Below are positions 12,072 to 29,000 of a stretch of DNA of 64,000 bases, piece after piece (within the stretch, counting starts at the first letter, position 1; each line of letters begins with the position of its first letter). Origin of the DNA: Tricharina praecox (taxonomy: Eukaryota). Location: NCBI RefSeq assembly GCF_024521635.1, contig NW_026250414.1:248001-312000 (forward strand), in the 5' to 3' direction. Made by a program: the position numbers and the translations under genes. The notes under the pieces were generated by a model that saw only the letters and a program-made list of their open reading frames with translations, searched no databases and was not told the DNA's origin.

Positions 12072-14086
12072 TTAACGATAGCGGAGCATAACAATCTTCC
12101 TCTCCCCCTGCCTCCCCCCGACTGCGGCTGTGTAATACACCGCGTACCGCTTCTGCTCGAGGTCAACCCCGATGGTACCAGAACCGAACAACGGCGCAGG
12201 GATTCTCAGTCCATGCTGCGTCGTGCCGGCCCTGAACGGCATCTCGACGGTCGGGGTACTGAAGTACTCCCCAAGAGGCACAAAGTCTTCGTCGTCGATG
12301 CCGGGTACATCGGGGTACGGGTGGACCGCGACAGTGGTGCCGAGCACCAGGCTGCCACGATCCAGGGAGTTTGGAGACGGCTGGACCAGCATCTCTGGCT
12401 GGTCGGTGTAAAACACCGCGAAATGGTCGCCGTCTCCTCCCTCCACTCCCGACACCGAGCAAACAGGGAGGCAGCGAACCAGGTCGCGCCTACCCTCGAA
12501 GCGGTCGACATCCATCGTGGACGCCGACCGCATCACAACACTTCCCTCTCCCGGATACCTAAGGTAAGCCGGCTTCGGGTAGACGTCGTCGAGATCAACA
12601 ACCCCGCACACGTTCACGTACGGGGATGTGTCCTCTGGGACAGTCTGGTCGGTTTGCCAGTGGACCCCCTGGCTGAAGAGCTCACCGGAAGACGGCCTGA
12701 GTGGGCTTGGTCGGGCACTGATGTCCCAACTCACCATCTCATAGTCGAATCCGGCGTCGCTGGTATCGCCGGTGCGTCCCACGAGCCGCAGTCGGATCAT
12801 CTCTTCTCCGACTCCTCGCCTCCCCTTCTTCCCCCTCGCGTCGCATCCCTCCAGTCCGGCCGTGGTGGCCTCGTCGAATGTGAGGTGGTTTTCCTTCAAA
12901 AAGGAGTGTACGTCGAAATCTGGTGTTATGGGTGGTGGAAGAGGAAGACCGAGACAGCGAACCACAACTCTCTTTAAGAGAGAAGGCTGACCCCACGCGC
13001 TAGCGGAAATCGGGCTTGGCGTAGCGTGGATTTCCACGACAGGGAACCGAGTGAGAGCGGGACACATGTAAGCAACATAGAATACCTTACCCTGGGTATC
13101 TGCCGCCAACGCCACACCCATCTGCCGAAATCCAGTTTCTCTCATAGCGAAACGATGTTCAGTAACCCCGTCGCGGGGGAAGATATACCCGTGCAAGCGA
13201 TGCTCCGTCGGATGGAATTGTGATATGACATAGAATTCGTTGACCGCCGCTTTGTCATTAAATCCGTCTAGTTCGTGCCAGCTGGCCAAAAGTTGCCCGC
13301 GGTTTCTATGCTTCAGAGAGAAGACTGCGCACTGCGTATGTGGCGGAAGATTCGTGGTGACTAGTACTTCACGTGTCGTTGTCACCGGGGCGATGGGTTG
13401 TCCACTATTGAATATTATGTGAGCCTTCGTACCTCACGTCACACGGAGTAAACGTACCGATCAACGAGATGAAGCAATTGTCCTATTTGCTCTAATATTC
13501 CAGGATGAGCGGGCTCTGGTGGATGTTCCTCTGTGACTGTGATGAAGTCCACATTTTGATGCGTGTGTGCGTATCCGACCACCAGGAGTACACCCCCATT
13601 GGCGTGTAGCATCAGTCTCTCTCCAAAGTCGAGCCTCGGGAGTAACATGCAACGTAAGTAATTCATGCTCAAGACATGCTCCATCGATGTGTCGAAGCCT
13701 TTGCCGATATCCTGGATGATTATCTGACCTCTGGCGCGTTCGTAGACCATCACATCTTCCGATTGATCTATTATGAACCTAGCATCCTTCGTTATATCGT
13801 AATGATGTATACTGGTAGGAGAATTAGTCTTCCAACGCCGGCTGCGGACGTACTCCTTGTCGAAAGATGTAGGGTCGTATTCGAGTTTCTGCTTGGTGAA
13901 CTCCTTTCTCAACTTCTCGTAGGACGTAGGAAAGAAAAGCTTGTGAGCCCATTCGAGCGTATCGCTTCCGGTAAAATAGTCGTAGAAAGCGAGCGAGGCC
14001 AAGCGAAGATTGATGAGATCGTCTGAAGTGAGGTGGTCCGCGATCTGTCGAACGAGCTCAGGAGGTATGGTGATGAGAGTAGGCAT
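12072..14086 (-). CDS. F-box domain protein, about 650 aa, with an unrecognised C-terminal region
   Basis: The N-terminus LITIPPELVRQIADHLTSDDLINLRLAS matches the F-box pattern. Intron 13405-13457 (GTACGT..TAG) joins the 215-aa and 437-aa ORFs in frame. Confidence 0.8.
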
Positions 14087-15684
14087 CTTGATGATCTCAA
14101 TGTAAGGGAGTATGTGGAGTAGTAACGAAAGAAGTGAGCTTTAAAAGGTATCTGTGATCTGTGATCAGGATTGAGGGCGTGGGAGAAACTGCGTCGTGAA
14201 GAGAGACAGAATATGAGGTTTCCGAAGCAAAGAGAAAGGAGGTGCTGTATAGATGGAGATAGGATATGAGTTTCCGAAGCAAAGAGGAAGTAAATGCTGT
14301 GTGTATGGTGGGAGATAGAAGGCCGAAAGTGTGTGTGCTTGGGAAGGTGGATGTTATAGAAGAAGAAGAAGTCACGATGCGAAAGAAGTAGAGAAATGGA
14401 ACTGAATTTCTCGTCAGGGCCGAGACAATTATTTAGTGGGGGCTTCAGGGCTAAAAGGTTCGGCGTTCGACGATGTCATATCCACTGGACGGTCAACAGA
14501 GTCGCCGCTGGTGATACGGTAGAGCCTCGAGGTTTGTGACCGACCGCCGGACAGACGTGTTGACGGTGCGCTTGATCCACAGGATGCCCAGAGCTATACC
14601 GTCCAACCACCAGCATATCGCGAGTTGAACCAAGGCATAGGCCGAAGCCGTTTCTCCCTCCATATGGATATCCTCAGGCCATATACCGGACCATTCAGCC
14701 TGCTCCAGTCCCATTACTGTCTTCAGCGCCATCCTAGATCGGCCTCACGAGGGACACAAAGCGAAGAGCAAGCCTGCTTATATTATGGTCAGTATATCAG
14801 TATTTAGCTGGTGAGATGACGACTTACAGACTCAGCTAATGCCATGAATCGTGCTCGAGGAGTGTAGGGCTATTTATCAGCCCGGGAGAGTTGCATTTGT
14901 GGCATCACATCCGGCGGTGTCTAGATCGATTCGCGGCTCTCCATTGTCGGCGAGGGGTATATCCCCGGACGACAATGTGTGCCCACCGATTCACCGAGCG
15001 AAGGGGTTCCAGCGAGCGCTGCTTAAACTTCGGCAGCGAATGTCCGGAGCAAACGAGTGTACGGTACGCCGAACCTTAGCTCTCATCCAGCTGTCGATCA
15101 TGAGTGACTGACAAACCCTTTAGTTTGCGAAATTCGATTGTCGGAAACCCGCATCAATCCACATATCGACTCCGCTGCAGCAGCTTGCTCCTGTTACAAA
15201 ACATTAGCATCCTATCGCAGAGTTTCAGGGTTGAATGTACCGATATTCGTACCGATTATGTCACGTGTCCAGACAAGCAGACAGGAGTGCCATTCGGAGA
15301 CAAAAACTGGCTGTGGGTGAACATATCTATTCCATCGAAGTCACGGATGGTTGGAGTTTGTGGTGCGTACGGGGTTAGGTGTGAGTAGGATGGGGTTGAG
15401 ATGCTATATGCGTGCCGAGCCAACCCGTTACGTACGGGTACAAGGTATATACCTGGCATGCAGGGTCCGGAGCTCGTTCACCTCGCTCACTCAGTCCACT
15501 CTACTCGACTAATACTCGACCGGAATCCCCTCTATTTTACTCGAAGCCACCACTTCACTCCAGCCCATAGCTCGAGTTCAATCGGGTATTGCTCCATCCT
15601 GCAGGAAGCCCTTCCCAAGTAACTGACGATATTACTCAGGCACCCTCTGTACAACAAGCCAGCCATTTGTTATTCCCCAGCAGT

Positions 15685-17174
15685 ATGCCAGTACGATATC
15701 GTGGGTTGAATCGTATCCGCAACAGCTTCAAGCACAACTGGCGATGTCTTCGGCGCAACCCACTAGGCGAGCTCGCAGGGTCACTAGGAGATCTGGGGAC
15801 ACTGCTGCCGATCCTGATCGCTCTCACCGCCGCAAAGTCGATATCTCTTCCGTCGACGCTCGTTTTTAGCGGGATATGGAATATCATTAGCGGGACGTTG
15901 TTTGGAATTCCGCTTGTGGTATGTACGAGAGCTTGGGGACAAGAAGGGGGGCTGATGCAGTGCTCGGGATAGGTGCAACCAATGAAAGCCCTCGCTGCGG
16001 TGTCGCTTTCGCGGGGGCTCAGTTTGGAGGAGACAATGGCGGCCGGTATCGGAGTCGGCGTAATAGTATTGCTTCTCTCGGTCACCGGATTGTTGGCGCG
16101 GGTGTCCGAGCTCATTCCCGTGCCGATCATCAAGGGCATCCAGGTTGGGGCGGGAATATCTCTAGCACTAAACGCGGGGGCGACACTGCAGGGGCTGGAA
16201 CTCAACAGCACGCTGTGGTACGACAATCTCTTCTGGGCGATCGGGGCGTTCATCATTCTCTACGGGACGTGCAGATGGCCGCGGAGGTGTCCGTTCGCTA
16301 TATTGGTTTTCGTAGTGGGAGGGCTGTTTGCGGGCGTTCAGCTAGCTAAGAGCGGCGACGAACTCCCGCACATTGGCTACAAGAGTCCGTTCGTGAAGGT
16401 CTCGCCGACACCAGAGGACTTTGCGACAGGATTTGGAACGGCGGGGTTGGGACAGGTGCCGTTGACAGTGCTCAACTCGATCATTGCCGTTACTTACCTC
16501 AGCCGCGATCTACTCCCGGACCAACCCGCCCCCGGCGTTACAGCTCTCGGACTCTCCGTCGCGGTGATGAACTTGGTAGGTTGCTGGTTTGGAGCAATGC
16601 CTGTCTGTCACGGTCCGCACCCGCACCCACAAATCCCTTCTCCCGTGGACGATACTGAGTGGTTGTGGTTTTCAGGCTCAGGGGGTCTAGCAGGACAGTA
16701 CAGGTTCGGCGCACGGTCGGGCTCATCGGTGCAGATACTTGGAATCTTCAAGATCGCCGTAGGCCTGCTCTTCGGCAGCTCGCTAACCGGCCTCCTCGAA
16801 CGGTTCCCAAAGTCATTCCTAGGGATAATGGTTCGTTACCCCATCTACCATTACCTCCTACAACTAACCAACCCCCTCAGGTCTTCGCAGCAGGAATGGA
16901 GCTCGTCTCGGTCGGCGAAAACCTCAATTCGACAGCACCCGACATATTCCATCTCGACCTCGATAGCGAAGCCGCAGGGTTGGACAAGCAGACACGCAAA
17001 GATAGGTGGATGATCATGATGGTAACTGTGGGGATCTTTGTCGCTTTCCGCAACTGTTTTGTCGGGTTCATGGCGGGCTGTCTGTGCTGGGCCCTGTTGG
17101 AAGTGCAGAATCGGATGGACGCGAGAAGGGATGGGGAGAGTAGCAGCGGCGAGACGACTCCGTTGCTGAGATGA
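15685..17174 (+). CDS. MOT1-family molybdate transporter (often annotated as a sulfate transporter)
   Basis: Motifs ELAGSLGDLGTLLP, P-x-V-V-QPMK and GAMPVCHG/SGGLAGQYRFGARSG. Introns at 15919-15972, 16613-16675 and 16831-16880. Many hydrophobic helices. Confidence 0.9.
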
Positions 17175-17220
17175 GGAATGAGAGTGCCCGCGGGGGGCGT
17201 GAGTCAATTTTGTATGAGTA

Positions 17221-17406
17221 TGCGAGTATTGGACCCTACAATTCATTATCATCATTGAGCCTATACACACAGCAGTTTACATCGCTGTGCACTCTCTGCC
17301 GAGTGACAAGATGTGAGTTCACAGTGCGAGTATTGGATCCCACAATTCATCATCATCAGTTTACGCTCTGATTATGCTCCACGCAGCGCTCTCAGCCGAG
17401 TGACAA
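17221..17406. repeat. Diverged ~100-bp tandem duplication
   Basis: TGCGAGTATTGGA.CC.ACAATTCAT.ATCATCA at 17221 and 17325; CTCTC.GCCGAGTGACAA at 17292 and 17389. Confidence 0.85.
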
Positions 17407-17674
17407 TCCATGAACTCACACATGAACTCACAATGAGTTGCCCCGCCAACAGGCAAACGGGGAATTGTTGACATAATCTTTTAGAGCAGTATCTAGCGCC
17501 CACCAGGGCCACCACATTTCCCATCCCGCCTATCCTATCCCACCTGCAGCAGCGCCAGCTCTCTCACAAGTTTCCCCCACCAAACCAAACCCACCATATC
17601 GACACCAGCACACGCGTCTCCCTCTACCTCACACCTCCACACGCTCACCACCAGAACACAGCAACACCGCAAGC

Positions 17675-18522
17675 ATGTCCGCCCCCGCCGCCGCCGCCAC
17701 GGGCAAACCCAAGACCAAAAAATCCAGCAAGGCCAAATCCTCCACAGCCGCAGACGACGGAAGAGTCCACAAGCTCTCACTCAAGGGCTCGTCGAAGCTC
17801 GTGAGCGAATTCGTTTGTGCCCCCATCCCCCCTCCCCCCATTATTTCCCAGCATACCCCATCATTTTTTTGAAGACCAACGCTCATTGCATTGCATTTCA
17901 CTCGCAGTTCGAATACAGCATCAACAGCATCCTCTTCCAGCGGGGCGTGTACCCGGCGGAAGACTTCGCAGCGGTGAAAAAGTACGGACTGAACATGCTG
18001 GTCACCGCCGACGACCAGGTGCGCGCGTACATCCGCCGCATCATGTCGCAGCTGCACCGGTGGATGGCCGGCGGGAAGATCAGCAAGCTTGTCGTTGTCA
18101 TTGCCAGCAAGGATACGGGAGAGCCACTGGAGAGGTGGCAGTTTGATGTTCAGTTGCTGCAGCAGAAGAAACAGAAAGCTGCCGCTGTGCCAGAGATACC
18201 GGACGAAAACGGCGTCGCACCGGAGACGGAGCCTGCGGCAGCTGCGGCGGAGGTGCACAAAGACAAGACCGAAAAAGAGATCCAAGAAGAGATCCAGTCG
18301 TTGTTCCGGCAGATCACTGCGAGCGTGACGTTCCTGCCGATGCTGGATGGACGGTGCACCTTCAACGTGCTGGTGTATGCCGACGGCGACGCCGACGTGC
18401 CCATGGAGTGGGGCGACTCCGACGCCAGGGAGATTGTCGACGGCGAGAAGGTAACCCTCCGGAGCTGGGGCACGAGTAGTCATCGTGTCGATACGTTGGT
18501 TAGTTACAAGCTCGCGGATTGA
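17675..18522 (+). CDS. MAD2: Spindle assembly checkpoint HORMA protein Mad2
   Basis: LSLKGSSKLVSEF/FEYSINSILFQRGVYPAEDF, LERWQFDV, RQITASVTFLP and HRVDTLVSYK. Intron 17813-17907. Confidence 0.97.
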
Positions 18523-18901
18523 AGGCTAGATTGAAAACTGGATGAACGGGTGGATAACGATGCTATGAGGATGGATCTTTTTTTGGTGTTTTGTTTTCTT
18601 CTTCTGAAGGCTTGCTTGATTTACTTGGTTGGACAATAATACTATCACGTCACAATCCTGAACTCCGCTGTCATGGTTGAATATACACCGTTATTGCCAA
18701 CCGCTAGGTAATGGTATCTCTATCGGACATGAAAGGAAAAAGGATGAAAAGATTAACCGAGAGAAAAGAAGAAAAGGTAGAAGTAAACGAAAACTCAAAA
18801 GGCTCCAACCGCCACACCCAAAACAGTACAAGATTCGACTTTTCCCGCAAAACATCTCCCCCTCGCTTTCCCCCTTTATAGCCCAAATTCTCTCCCCCCA
18901 T

Positions 18902-21936
<3,035 letters not shown>

Positions 21937-22038
21937 GTTGAGAGTTGTTCTCGGCGATAGCTACGAGGGGGATGGCGAAGGTGTGAAGTTCGGATATCCC
22001 GTCTCCAAGAAATGGAATGTAAGAACTCGTCCGAGTTT

Positions 22039-22120
22039 CTAGAGAAGAGACAACGTAATCAGCACATGGACACGCAACTTTGGATCGCGACGATGAGGGT
22101 GATATTCAGGGAGCACATAC
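22039..22120 (-). other. Probable 5'UTR intron of the chitin synthase gene
   Basis: Minus strand reads GTATGT...GCTGAT-TACGTTGTCTCTTCTCTAG, about 100 nt upstream of the ATG. Confidence 0.6.
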
Positions 22121-23002
22121 CGTCGGGTTGTTTATCGCTTGTTTACACAAAGACGCTGTCAGTCAAGAGGGGGTTACGAGAACAATATGACTGTCGCAGT
22201 AGTCTGAGTGACGTTTGTTGTGATGGGTGTAGATGCGGTGGTGGTAGTGGCGGTAGCGGTGGTGTTGTTGTTGATGTTGCTGGGAAGTGGTGAAAGGTTC
22301 GTTGGCAACGCCGAAAGGACTGGGAGTGACAGGCGAGTCGCGAACAATCGAACGGTCGAATAGTCGAGCAAAGAGAAGTCGAAGAAGGGAGTTTTGTGGA
22401 GCTGGATGAGGACGGAAAGAAAGGGTCAAAAAAAAAATAGGAGAGCACACAGCTTTATCGCTGCGGACACTACCTGCAGCTAACGGGAGTAAGTAATTCC
22501 TCCTTTTTCGATATCCACGTACCCAGTAGAAAGCGACGCAAGAGCCGCCCGCACGGGGTGTGCATTTCTAAATGGAGCATGCGGGCTGTCTTGATTATTC
22601 TGTTCTACTGTCGAGTTGCTACGGTATTGTATCAGAACGGAGAGTGAGTGGCGGGCCGTGTGCGAGGGCGAGGGCGAGGCGTGGGGACGAACGAATGGAT
22701 TCATTCCCATCACGCGTGTGCGCCACGCTCATCACTGCCGCCTACAGAACGGTATGGAGTGTGAGCAGAGGGAATGTATGGCCATGCCCAACGTTTCTCG
22801 GAGCCCACCCTATCTACTGCCTCCCTCCCTCCCCCGCCTCCTCTGGCTGTGTTTGGTCTCCTCCAGTCAAGCTTCAGACACCCCTCACGAAGACTTTCGA
22901 CCCTGGCGGCCATGGCTTCTCTGTGCTGGTGTGTGTCGGTGCGCTTCCGAGAGACCGGGTTGGCCGTCCTCATGCCACTACGGTAGTAGTACCGTAGTAC
23001 TA

Positions 23003-23087
23003 CCACCTCCTCCACCACCACCACCGCCTCCTCCACCTCCTCCACCTCCTCCTCCTCCACCACCCCTCCCCCCCCTCCCCCTCCTCT
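23003..23087. repeat. (CCA/CCT)n trinucleotide low-complexity tract
   Basis: Read directly. It produces the spurious poly-Pro and poly-Gly ORFs in the track. Confidence 0.85.
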
Positions 23088-26000
23088 CCCACCGAACGTT
23101 CATGTGCCGCTGCCTGCTGTCTGACCTCCACTCGATCTGGCCCGAACGGGTTCGCTCGCTCGCGGAACTCCTGGAAATCGACTGCAGGGGCCCCCTCCGA
23201 CATCTAACCGCTAAACCCATAGTCGCCCTCCTGGGCAACGTGCTCGTATTTGCGACCATCGCCGCACCACCCGACCAGATGAAACACTGCCCCTTCCCCT
23301 TGCCCCCCTCTCCAAGGGAAGGAGAGGAAGAAAGGAAGAAAGGAAGACGGTGCTTCTTCTCTGCCTTCGATCGAACTTGTGCTTGTTTCTTGTGCTTGAC
23401 GCTTTTGGCTGCGCACCACACGAGAAGCATGAGAAGGGGGAAAAAAGAAAAGAAAAAGAAAAAAGAAAAAAATCGAAAGAAGGAAAACCGAACCCTGCAG
23501 GGCGAAATGCAGCAGTGCTGTGCAGTGCAATAGGCGCCAAGTCACACATGCGCTGCGGACTCTCTGCACTCTGTCGGTCGGCTCATGTACTCGGGTGTAA
23601 GGGTAAGTGCTGCCTCACCAGTTTTTCCCCCATACAGCTTAGCGTTTTCCGCCATACAACTTAGTCACAACCACTCACTCATTTCATTGTATCTGGCTTA
23701 GTGCACTCCTAATATAGACTAGTGCTTATAATTCGTCATGGTGGTGAGGCACCACTTATTGGCAGCTCTTGGTACTCGTACAGCTTTTCTCGGTGGACAT
23801 GCAACGCACTTCGTGTAGAGTCCTCAGCCAGCCAACCAGCCAACCAGCAAGTCTGCCAGTCTGCCAGCGTCTACACGCCACTAGCTAACGTCCTGCCTAC
23901 CCGCAGAATCGCAGGATCAACCCCAAAGACGGAATATACTTGGAAGTATTACCCCATCAAGGCGCAGTGGCTCACCAAAAAAAAAGATAATACATAGAAA
24001 GATAAAAGTGGCACGCTTCAACGCCGCTGCCTACCGGTATAGTAGGTAGCTGCCTCCCCGACTACCTCACTACCTATAGCTGCATACCGGCATGCCGGCT
24101 TCCCACTCAGCCTTACCGAAGGTACTTCCCATTGGCTGTCCCCCACTGCCAACCACTGCCAACCACTGCCAACCACTGCCAACGATACTATCATAGGCAC
24201 CTATGTTGCAGATGGTTGTTGCAGATAGCTATTGCAGGTATTGCAGATATCCCCCGCAGGAAGCAGCCTGCTCACATCCGGTCAACCCCTCTCCTCGCAA
24301 CCCACCGGCTGACTGACTTCGGGTACATACAAACCTTCTGGTCAGCTGGGCGCTGTGTATAGTATCTACCCTATCCACCCACGCGTGGTGGTAGTGGTGG
24401 TGGGTGGTGGTGGTGGTGGCTGTGGATCGCTTGGCTGATCGTGGGCTCCGCTGGGCTCCGCTGGGCCTCAGCGATGGGGATGTGGCATGGCATTCTGGCT
24501 CGTTTCGTAGGCTCCCACCACCGCCGCCGAGTCGTCCGTCGAGTTCTGCAGATACCCAGATACGCTTATGTACCTATGATAGTAGCGGAAGCCAAGCTGT
24601 CTTGGATGCTGATCTTCGGCTTCGCGATTCCACCTACTTACCTACCTAGTATCGGCACTTACTACATACTGGTGCCGACCCATCACCCGTAACGTAAAGA
24701 AGGTTCACCGGTCCGGTTCGGAGCTTTACGATACGGTCTTCAGCACGTGATGGCCCGTCCCGCTCGCTCGCACGCACGGACCATATGGGTACCTAACTAT
24801 CTATATCGATCGCCATCATCCGCAACCGCAAGACTCGGTTCCGGTTCTGAGTGCGGTTCGGGATTATCTATGTGGATGTATCTGGGTATCTACACATCAT
24901 GGATGCCCGTTTTCCCCAGCCAGCCCTGCCCAGCCCGTTATGTAAGTATGTCACTGCGGCCTGCGGCCGGTGGCAGGATCAGCCCACTGTTTACCACGAA
25001 GCAATGGCATGACCAAATATATCCCGCCAAAGGACTCGACGAGGATATATATACCCACCTACCCACCTACCCACCTCAGTACTTATTACTTAAGGTTATA
25101 TATAAGTAAGACGTATAGGTATATGAAGTAAGTAACTACATCAGTGGACCGTGGCACAGTCACCGCGCCACAGTTGCCTGATTACAATTGTTCTATTCTG
25201 TTCATTCCCTCCTGCCATTTACACGCAAGTTGCAAGTTGCAACCCGTCACCGTTTCCGGTGAGGAAAGCAAAGCTTGGTATGTAAGATGTATGTGCCCAC
25301 CTACCAGGCTGCCACCGCAGATACGGTAGAATACCGGTACGGTACCGGTGTGCTATCTTATCCGCGCTTACGCTTACGTGCGCTGTTAAAACCAACCCAA
25401 ACCAAACCAAACCTGTCAAATCGATCCACCGACTCATCTTTTCCCTGATCGGTGTGAGGCTGCCTAGTACCTACCTCGCCTGTGTTGGTAGCCTGTGTTG
25501 GTAGCCTGTGTTGGTAGCCTGTGTGTGTGTGTGTGTGTGTAAGCACGGAAACGAAATGAAGCGAATCGGATGTGGTGGCAAGCCCACGCACACACGCAGG
25601 CTTGCAGGCTGGAAGCTTGGTTTTGATGTTGGTTTTGATGGTTGATGCAGGTCCGAAGTTTGGAGTATGGAGTTCAGCCGCACCGGTGGGAATGCAGCGC
25701 AGCGATGCAACATGCTCGATGCATGATACGAGTGAGATAGGTTTGCCTTTCCGGGTTTCTGCTGCGGAGTACCTAGGTATGTATGGAATGTCATTGAACG
25801 CTCGTCGAGATAGGTACAGTACAGCAGGAAGATGACCACCGTCAGCGAGTGAGATCCCATGCATGCGTGGTGTTTGGTGACTGTTCATACCCCATTTTGA
25901 AATTAATAGCTAGACCCTGGGGCCTAGAGTCCCAGGCAGTGGAGGCGGCGCTCAGTCCGACCGCCTCACTCTCCCTTCGACCGCATCGCCCCGTCGACCG

Positions 26001-29000
26001 CCGCCGCCAATCAGCGTAACGGTTGACAGGTGGGGGTTGACAAGGCGGTTGACAAGGGCGCAGGGCGCTTCAGCCTTCAGCCTTCGAGTAGACGCCCTAA
26101 AGCACTACACTCCTTGCCCTTGCCTATCGAGCAGGGGGAAGGGGAGGGGCGCACCGTCGCACGAGCAAGCACAGCCAATCGATGTTGAGTTTTGAGAAGT
26201 AGCATACGAGTAAAATGTTTCAGTGGATTGGTTTCGCGAAATACAGTGGACGACCAGCGGATGATCAGGTAGACATACCAGACATACTAGACATACGTAC
26301 CACCAGCCAGACATGTCTACCAAACATATCAAGTACCAGACAGAAGGAGAAGCAGAATGCAGAAGGCAGAAGCAAGCAGAAGCAAGCAAGTATGAAAAAT
26401 AAACAGGATTTCTCGAATCTTGAATCTCGAATCTCGAGCCTCGAGGCGTGCAAATATTATGATACCAATTACCAATATTACCAATATGACAAATGTGCAA
26501 TTGCTTCAAGTGGCTTGATGAACTTTGAAGTGGCTTTTTCTTTTGAACGAGAATCGCAACCACCGAGTCCAGGCAGCGAGTGAGCCCATATGATGGGACC
26601 CACCGCCACTAACGTTTCACGCCGCAGGGCTGAAACGGATCTGAGAAACGGATCTGAAAAATTGTGAGAACTGGTGTGGTCTGGTGTGGCGTGATGCCGA
26701 TGGTGCCGGAATTGAAGGCTGATCACTGGAGGAGTCGAGGAGTCGAGGGTGGCGGAATCCTTGCTGGGCTGCATGCATTTGCTGGCGCCTGGGGTCCTGG
26801 GTCCTACCTTGAGTATGCATTCGATTGCCGCCTGGAGGGCTTTTTTTGTTTCATCATCGTAGTATTCGACCTTATCAAATCATAGCTGTATACACACATC
26901 CAACTTCTCAGCCGTTGAGCTGGGCTTAGCGTGGACTGGACTGCGGGCGGACGGACGGGTGATTTCTGGTGCGGCAGCGTGGAGTAGGAGGCGGGAGGCG
27001 GGTGTTGGCCTCGAAGGCCGGGGCATGGGGCGTTATTCTTCTTTTTCTTCTTCTTCTTCTCTCGGACTGCGACAACGCAACTTCGCAGTTCGAGATCCGT
27101 GGCTGCGGGGATGGAATGCTACATTTCTTGAACGAACGGATACCATAGGTACTAGGTAGGTGCCCTTCTTCAGAGCCCCAACTGGTCCCAAGGCTGACCC
27201 GAAGGCTGAAGGCTGATGTGCCGTGGCTCTCGACTCCCTGAATCTCGCTCTACAGACACATCACTCGACTGATTCCATCATCACAACATTCCTACTACCG
27301 TAAGCCCGCAACGGACGGGAATTGGATGGCTGCGATTCAACCTCGGTAGCGGGATCTTCGAATCCCCTGCACTCAGATGCATAATGCGAACGAACGATAG
27401 CATAGTGCAGCCAGCGGAAGATATAGACATGGAGAAGACCAACTGACCGAGTGATCGTGGATCGTGCTCGGCCCTGCATACGTCTACGGCCCATGAACCT
27501 GCTAGATACTCGGCCCGATCACGCGCTTCAGCAGTAGATGATTTCGATGGGGGTGGACCCATGTTCTCGGCCCGAGCCTCGAATAAGTATACTATGTACC
27601 GTATCGACACCACAGGAGAACATGCGTTCCGCATCTGCTATGTGCCAATATCCGTGGGCGAGGGCGAGTGAGTAGTGAGAAGGAACCGGACCGAAATAGC
27701 GATGTGGCGGAGGACAGTTACCCAGCCCTTTGGAATTAGATTGGATCGAAGTACCTGGGTACATAATTGGAACCTGGAAGGGACTGGAAGGAAGGGAACA
27801 CAGGTACCGGTGCCTACTTACCTACCTACAGTATAATTCTAAGTTCCGTGGATTTGCACTAGACTTGCACTTGCGCTTTGTATGCGTTTCTAAATCGTGG
27901 AAAAGTGCGTTTGGCCGAGGCGGAGGCGTGAAGGAATGCACATCCATAGTAGATACATTGGAGGCGGGAAAAAGTGTGTACTGCGTGATTCTTGGTGTCA
28001 TGACGGACGTGTGTCGGTGTGCTGTCGTTGACTCTTTATGTTTGTAAAGAGTTTCAACTACCTACCTCTTCTATATAGTACTGGCAATGCCCATTACCGT
28101 CGGGTCAGGACAACGGACTTTACGCCTGTCACGACTCACCTATGAGTCCATGACGAACCGACGACTCGGATTTATAGTAGAGTATATAGATTAGAGTAGA
28201 GTATTTAAACTTCAAACACGTCTATCGAACGTCCACCATACATAGTACACAGTTTAGCGACTACATTAACAGTTAACCCCCATGGATAGCCGGATTTTAC
28301 CGCGGCGACGGCGGCGGCGTTTATCCCCGTCCCCAGTGCCCACCATAGGGGAGGGGACCGTTCCCCTCAGACGCCCCATCCACCACCACGTGCACCACGT
28401 GCACTAGCGATCCAGTATCCAGCATCCACCGAGCAGTGAGCAGTGAACACCCCACTTTACTATACGCCCGCACTTGCACACTTCCACTTGCACTTTCAGA
28501 CGGCGGCGGCCCCCCAAACCCCAGGCTCCCAGGCTCCAGCAGGCGTTCTCGTGGGCTCGAAGTATGCCTCCTCAATCCGCAGCGCTGACTGCTCAGTGCT
28601 CACTGGGAGTTCGGCACCCGTCAACACCTCTACCCACTCTAGGTAGGCAGGTAACAAGTAGTAACGCCGCCGGTCTACGCCGGTGTGGAGTACCTGATTA
28701 CGCACGCACGCAACGCACCAGGGTCTCCCCGTCGTCGTCGCCGCGCAATCACCTCCGGACTAAACTAGTACATAGTTATCCAGGCGCTGCATAACAAGTG
28801 AAAGGACGCGTCGATGCTGGCTCGATGCTGGCTGGCGTGCAGACGCACAGTAAGCAGCTCGGCAGCGTGGCCTATGCACGTCACGTTACGGCCCCGATCT
28901 TCTCGCTACTCTAGGAACTCTAGAAAGAGAGACTGAGGGTTGGGTTGGGTGTTTCTTTGCCGGATCGTGATGCGATTGACCGAGTAGTTACCGGTACCGG

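Noticed and set aside
14400..15400. Repeat-poor spacer with short ORFs, considered as a decayed transposon or gene
   Set aside because: No transposase or RT motifs, terminal repeats or coherent splice model seen.
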